From Octopus bimaculoides (taxonomy: Eukaryota): DNA of 39,848 nt. Of this stretch, positions 34,730-39,848 are shown in pieces. The stretch lies in assembly GCF_001194135.2 (NCBI RefSeq), contig NC_068981.1:198317336-198357183 (forward strand), given 5' to 3'. The position numbers were made by a program, and so were the translations under genes. Every line of letters begins with the position of its first letter. The first letter of the stretch is position 1. The notes beneath the pieces are model-generated. The model had not been told where the DNA came from and made no database searches. It saw only the letters and a list, made by a program, of their open reading frames with translations.

Positions 34730-36660
34730 TCATCATCATCGTACGTCCACTTTCCATGCTGGCATGGGTTGGACGGTTTGACTAAAGACTGGCGAGTCAG
34801 ATGGCTGCACCAGGCTCCAATCTGATCTGGCAGGGTTTCTACAGCTGGATGCCCTTCCTGACACCAACCACTCCGAGAGTGTAGTGGGTGCTTTTTTGTT
34901 CCACCAACATGAGGTACTGGTGACAGCCACGCTCAAATGGTGTTTTTTATGTGCCACCTGTACAGGAGCCAGTTCAGCACCACTGGCAACAACCTCACTT
35001 GAATGTTGTCTTTCACGTGCCAGTAAGGTGACACTGGTAATGATCACGCTCGAATGCTGCTTTTTATGTGTCACTGGCATGGGAACCAGTCAGCGGCCCT
35101 GGCAACGATCACGCTCAGATGGTGCTTTTAACGTCATCAACTACATCAGCGAATTTGATTTTGATTGTGATTTCACTTGCCTCAACAGGTCTTTGCAAGA
35201 AGAGTTTATTGTCCAATGAAAGATAGTACGCATAAGTGGGCTGGTTACACCACTGGCATAGGCCATGGGGTATGGCCTCACTTGGCTTGCCAAGTCTTCT
35301 CAAGAACAGCATATTTCCAAAGGTTTTGGTCAGAAGTCATTGCCTTGGTCAGGCCTAATGTTCGAAGGTCGTGCTTCACTACCTCATCCCAGGTCTTCCT
35401 GGGTCTACCTCTTCCACAGGTTTCCTCAATCGCTAGGGTATGGCACATTTTCACACAGCTGTCCCCATCCATATGCAACACATGACCATACCAGTGCAGT
35501 CATCTCCCTTGCACACCACATCTGATGCTTCTTAAGTCCAACTTTTCTCTCAAAGCGCTTACACTCTCTCATGTGTGCACACTGACATTACACATCCAGT
35601 GGAGCGTACTGGCTTCATTTCTTGCAAGCTTACGCATGGCTGTTCGCAAGCATGCGTCATACAGTCTACCTTTTACTCTGAACGAGAGGCCCTTTGTCAT
35701 CAGCAGAGATAGGAGCTCTCTGAACTTTGCCCAGGCTATTCTTATTCTAGCAGAGCATCCACCCCCGCTACTGACTTGATCACCTAGGTAATGGAAGCTG
35801 TCAACTACTTCTAGTTTTTCTCTCTGGAATGTGACAGATGTTGTTCTCTGCACGTTTCCAGTATTTATAGCACCTGAGCATTTGCCATATACAAAAACTA
35901 TCTTCCCAGTTAGCCTTCCTTTGATATTGCTGCACCTCTTATGTGCCCATAGCTTACACTGGGTACATCTTATAGAGTTTCTACCTTCACCTTTTCTACA
36001 GATCGAGCAGAGCCATCTACCTGAAGGGGATTGTGTTTTGTCTACCTTCCTACTTATCAAGACTTTAGTTTTAGCTAGGTTGACTCTAAGGCCCTTCGAT
36101 TCTTATCCTTGCTTCCACACCTGAAACTTTTCCTTTAGTTCTGATAGTGTCTCAGCAATTAGAGCAAGGTCATCAGCATAGAGGAGCAACCTGTCTTGAA
36201 TTCCTCTGTTATTTCCTGGAGGACTATGATAAATAAGAGGGGGCTGAGAACTGAACCTTGGTGGATCTACCCGGAATTCATCACTGTACTTGTTGCCAAC
36301 CCTCATCTTACTGACAGTGTCCCTGTACATGGCTCGCACAGCTCTCCCTAACCATTTTTCTATCCCAAGTTTCCTCATTGACCACCAGATAAGGGATCAG
36401 GGGACCCTGACAAAGGCTTTCTCCATGTCAACAAAAGCCAAGTACAGAGGTTTATCTTTGGCTAGGTATTTCTCCTGAAGCTGTCTTACCAGAAATATAG
36501 CATCAGTGGTGCTTTTTCCTGGAACGAACCCAAACTGTATCTCATCTAAACTGATTCTCTCCCTAATCTGTTGGGCTATGACCCTCTCTGTGACCTTCAT
36601 TACCTGATCCAACAACTTGATACCTCTGTAATTATTTGGTATCAATAATTGTAATGCCAT
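34730..36660 (-). mobile_element. RTE LINE (RT domain to tail) inserted in the outer Gypsy protease region
   Basis: NYRGIKLLDQVMKVTERVIAQ, QFGFVPGKSTTDAIF, AFVDMEKAF, LLYADDLALIAE, 3' UTR, (CAT)n at 34730. Confidence 0.93.
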
Positions 36661-37644
36661 CAGTGTAGTTTCCTTTTCATGTCGTCTTTTTTTCCCCCTT
36701 TTTTTGTTTCTCTATGCATTGTGAGCTTTTAGATGCTATTTTGTAACAACTAAAACATTTCTGAGTTCTAAATGGACAGTCTTTCTTAGAATACAGACTT
36801 CCACACCCATAGCATGAATTGCGTCCTAACATTCTTTTTTCTGTATTTATTCCCAGTCAACATGTCTGTACTTAAGAGAAATTTTTTTCTTCAATTTTCT
36901 TTATATCCTGTTGCAGGTTGATAATTCTTTGACATTCCTCTGCTACTGCCTGAAGGGTTAAATTCTGGCCCTTCTGTTCTAGTTTTGTAAGAATTTGTGC
37001 ATGTATTTCTGCATCTTTGTTTGCTGTCAAACCTTGCACAAAGATGAAGCATTTAAACATGTCCAGAAGTAATTCCTTCGGCTTAAATTTTTCACTCATT
37101 TTATTTACAATTCTAGCATAACTGACAAACTCTTCCACCTCTTCTTTTACTTGGTTCAAACACTCCCAGTGAGTGTGAAACAGGGAACTCTTATTGCTGA
37201 ACATTTTGGATAGCAATTCAGTTGTTTTATTGAGACAAATTTCACTTGTTTTTTTGTTTTTTTAAGCAGGATAAAATTGCTGTATTTTCCATGTTCTGAA
37301 GCACCTAGTTTCCATAACAGTAATCTCACTTTTCATCATCTGTCTAACACTCGCATTCTTCCTTGAAGATTTCATCATATCTTCTGAGGTACACCGAAAA
37401 AGTTATATCCTTTCCTGGGTTATAACTAAATTCAGTTACACCACCTGGTGAAAATGAACTTGCAGTGTTTCCCAACTCCAGCCTCAGTTCCAGCAACTGA
37501 TTATGTTGTAGTTGTTGGTGCAACTCCTGTTGCTTTTGCAACTGTGATATGTCAGCTTATAGATCTTCCATAATGGACGAATTTTTTGTATCATAAAAAA
37601 TGGTTAATGACCAACATAAGCTTTGAATCACTCTTCGCCACTTT

Positions 37645-37991
37645 TGTAACGTGGATATCCTTGTCACCACTTTTGTGACATGCCTACTGTATGTGTCACC
37701 TTAGTGTCATGCACTAATAACCGTGTGATATACAACACCATGTAACAGAGTAGACACCATCTCCACTTGATGTATTCCCAGATACTCTGCCAACAACTGT
37801 AACCAATCCAAAACAACTCTCAACAAACAATAACAATTTCTCAACAATTTCCTGTGACTCCACAAACTCACCAACGACACCTTTCTACTTTCTACGATTT
37901 CTCATCTCTCACTTTCAGTCAAACACACTGCTACTTATACAAGTTCGGCTTGTCCATTCTCACAGGGGGTGTCAGGATTCTCGCCATAACA
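37645..37991 (-). repeat. 5' LTR of the outer Gypsy, with a 29-bp duplication at the LTR/PBS junction
   Basis: TG...CA termini; 'ccacttttgt(a/g)ac(g/a)tg' occurs at about 37638 and 37667. Confidence 0.88.
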
Positions 37992-38199
37992 ATAATATAC
38001 AAATAATGTGAACAAGAATATATTTAAAAAAGAAAGACAAAAAAAAAGTGGGGTGGGAAAAAGAAATTCTCCAATTGAAATTAAGTCTTTTGTAAGAATA
38101 AAACTATTCAATATGATATCTTTCTATCATTCACAGTATTGACATTTTTTAATCTTTTTTGCATCAGGAATAATTTATTGCTAAATATTAAAATACATG

Positions 38200-38345
38200 A
38201 AGGTGCATGGCTCAGTGGTTAAAGCATCAGGCTCACAATCACGAGGTAATGAGTTCAATTCTCAGACCAGGCTGTGTGTTGTGTTCTTGAGCAAGACACT
38301 TTATTTCAGATTGCTCCTTGTTCACTCAGCTGTAGAAATGAGTTG
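38200..38345 (+). mobile_element. tRNA-derived SINE head, paralogous to 16190
   Basis: A box 38208-38218 and B box 38251-38261. Confidence 0.75.
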
Positions 38346-38359
38346 CAACATCACTATGA

Positions 38360-39425
38360 GCTTGGTCTTTGCAAAGGTTCTGTTTCCACACCTGGAATTT
38401 CGTTTCTAATTCTGTTATAAGTCCAAGATCATCAACATATACGAGTTCCCATGAGCTTCCAGTTTGACATTCCTCTGTTACTGCTTGGAGGACGATGATG
38501 ACTAGGATGGGGTTGAGAACTGACCCTATGTGGAAACCTACCTGTACATTAAATCTGTCACTGTACCCATGGCCAACTTTTACCTTACTAACAGCACCCC
38601 TGGTATTTACTGCTTTCACAAGCCATTCGTTTATCCCTAGCTTCCTCACAGACCACCATATCACAGTGTGAGGTACTCTGTTAAAGGCTTTCTCTTGACC
38701 AACAAATGCCAAGTACCACAGCTTGTTCTTAGCTAAATACTTCTCTTGCAGTTGCCTGAACATGAAATTAGCCTCAGTGGTGCTTCTCCCCAGAACAAAG
38801 CCAAACTGCATTTCATCTTGTCTAATTCTGTTCCAAATTAATTGGGTTATATCTCTCTCCACAACTTTCATCACTTGGCCCAGCAATCTGATGTCTCTAT
38901 AACTACTATCTGAGACATCCCCCTTACCCTTGTAGCAGCTGACTATGATGCTGCTGTACCAGTCACTAAGGATTACTGAATAACCTGGTTAACTATACGA
39001 GTGAATAGACTGTATCCAACCCTGCCAGATACCTTAAACATCTTCCTGGTGACTCCTGATGGACCAGGGGCCTTCTCTGTTTTCATATCTTTAATTACCT
39101 TATCTTTTATGCTACTGTCAACTAGGATAGCTGGTCCTTCTGGTGGGTTCACATGAGGAAGACTCCCTTTCTCCCATTCATTCTCCGCATTTAATAGTCT
39201 TTCGTAGTAGCTCTTCCATGCTTCTTCCTTTTCAGGATCACTGAAAGTAAGTGTACCATTATCTGTCCACTGGCACTTCTCTCCCACAACATCTTCATTC
39301 TTTCGTCTGGCAATCTGGAACACCTTCAGTGTCTGATCTTTACGATGTAAGACATTGACAAACCACTTCCTTTCTGCTTCTGTCCCAGCTAGATATAGCT
39401 GATACTTAGTTTCCCTTTTAGCTAT
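38360..39425 (-). mobile_element. RTE LINE internal fragment (linker and RT)
   Basis: KAPGPSGV, QFGFVLGRSTTEA, ELVYVDDLGLI. Confidence 0.9.
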
Positions 39426-39848
39426 CTGATATGGTTCTTTGTTATACTCACCACTCTTCCAGTCATTCCAAGCAGATGTTGCTAGATAAACAGCACAAAA
39501 GCAGAAGCAACCATACAAGATAGACAAGAATTATGGTGATGGTGCCAGCACAATTATTTCAATAGCTATGTTGGCACCATCACCATTTCAATCTTCTTTT
39601 TATCTTCAAGAGTATTTAAGAAATTTCTTACTTGCAATAATATTATCAAAAATGGCCCTTTTTTGTGATTAATTTCCAAATCACAGAGACCTAGACGTTT
39701 AAGAAACCTAAAATAATAACACTTTAACCACATATACTTCAAATGACATTTTAGAACAAAGTGTGTGTGTGTGTGTGTGTTAAAACTATATCAAGTTTAA
39801 CATTTACAAGGTTTATCTCTTAGAAAAATCATAAGTTGCCAATTTCTG

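Larger units (their letters stand above)
28585..37991 (-). mobile_element. Outer Ty3/Gypsy LTR retrotransposon (K02A2.6-like), decayed and interrupted
   Basis: Direct LTRs 28585-28893 and 37645-37991; PBS-like aaagTGGCGaag after the 5' LTR; purine tract before the 3' LTR; gag 37575-36700 (zinc-knuckle relic), protease end and RT 34725-33685 (LDLSDACLQI, YNRLPFG), RNase H end and integrase 30453-29400 (H..ISRMKS..C..C, WSRLHIDFAGP); no TSD found. Confidence 0.85.

Overview
Eukaryotic, repeat-saturated DNA with 9 assembly gaps. The SINE and RTE-LINE repeats resemble those I recall from Octopus, so a cephalopod source is likely (inference). The ORF track is mostly uninformative because the real genes are spliced. 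The only host genes I can support are two closely related macrodomain + PARP-catalytic (PARP14/15-like) mono-ADP-ribosyltransferase paralogs. Copy A (+) has exons at 992-1171, 11428-11561 and 11948-12125; its last exon is probably in the 13472-14344 gap. Copy B has catalytic exons on + (26572-26670, 28294-28571) but macro/linker exons on - (25923-26150, 24464-24518, 22744-22809). The block 17207-26471 sits between two exactly 100-N gaps; flipping it gives one collinear + strand gene, so it is probably mis-oriented in the assembly or truly inverted. The rest is transposon debris: many RTE LINE fragments and 3' tails, tRNA-derived SINEs, a Helitron Rep relic, three Penelope-like GIY-YIG relics (one between inverted repeats with decayed hammerhead motifs), an R4/Dong-type RLE fragment, and a 9.4-kb Gypsy element with a second Gypsy and an RTE nested inside, starting 13 nt after the copy B stop codon. 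I see no clearly new biological system; the best leads are the PARP paralog architecture and divergence, the hammerhead-bearing Penelope relic, and inverted repeats flanking exons.
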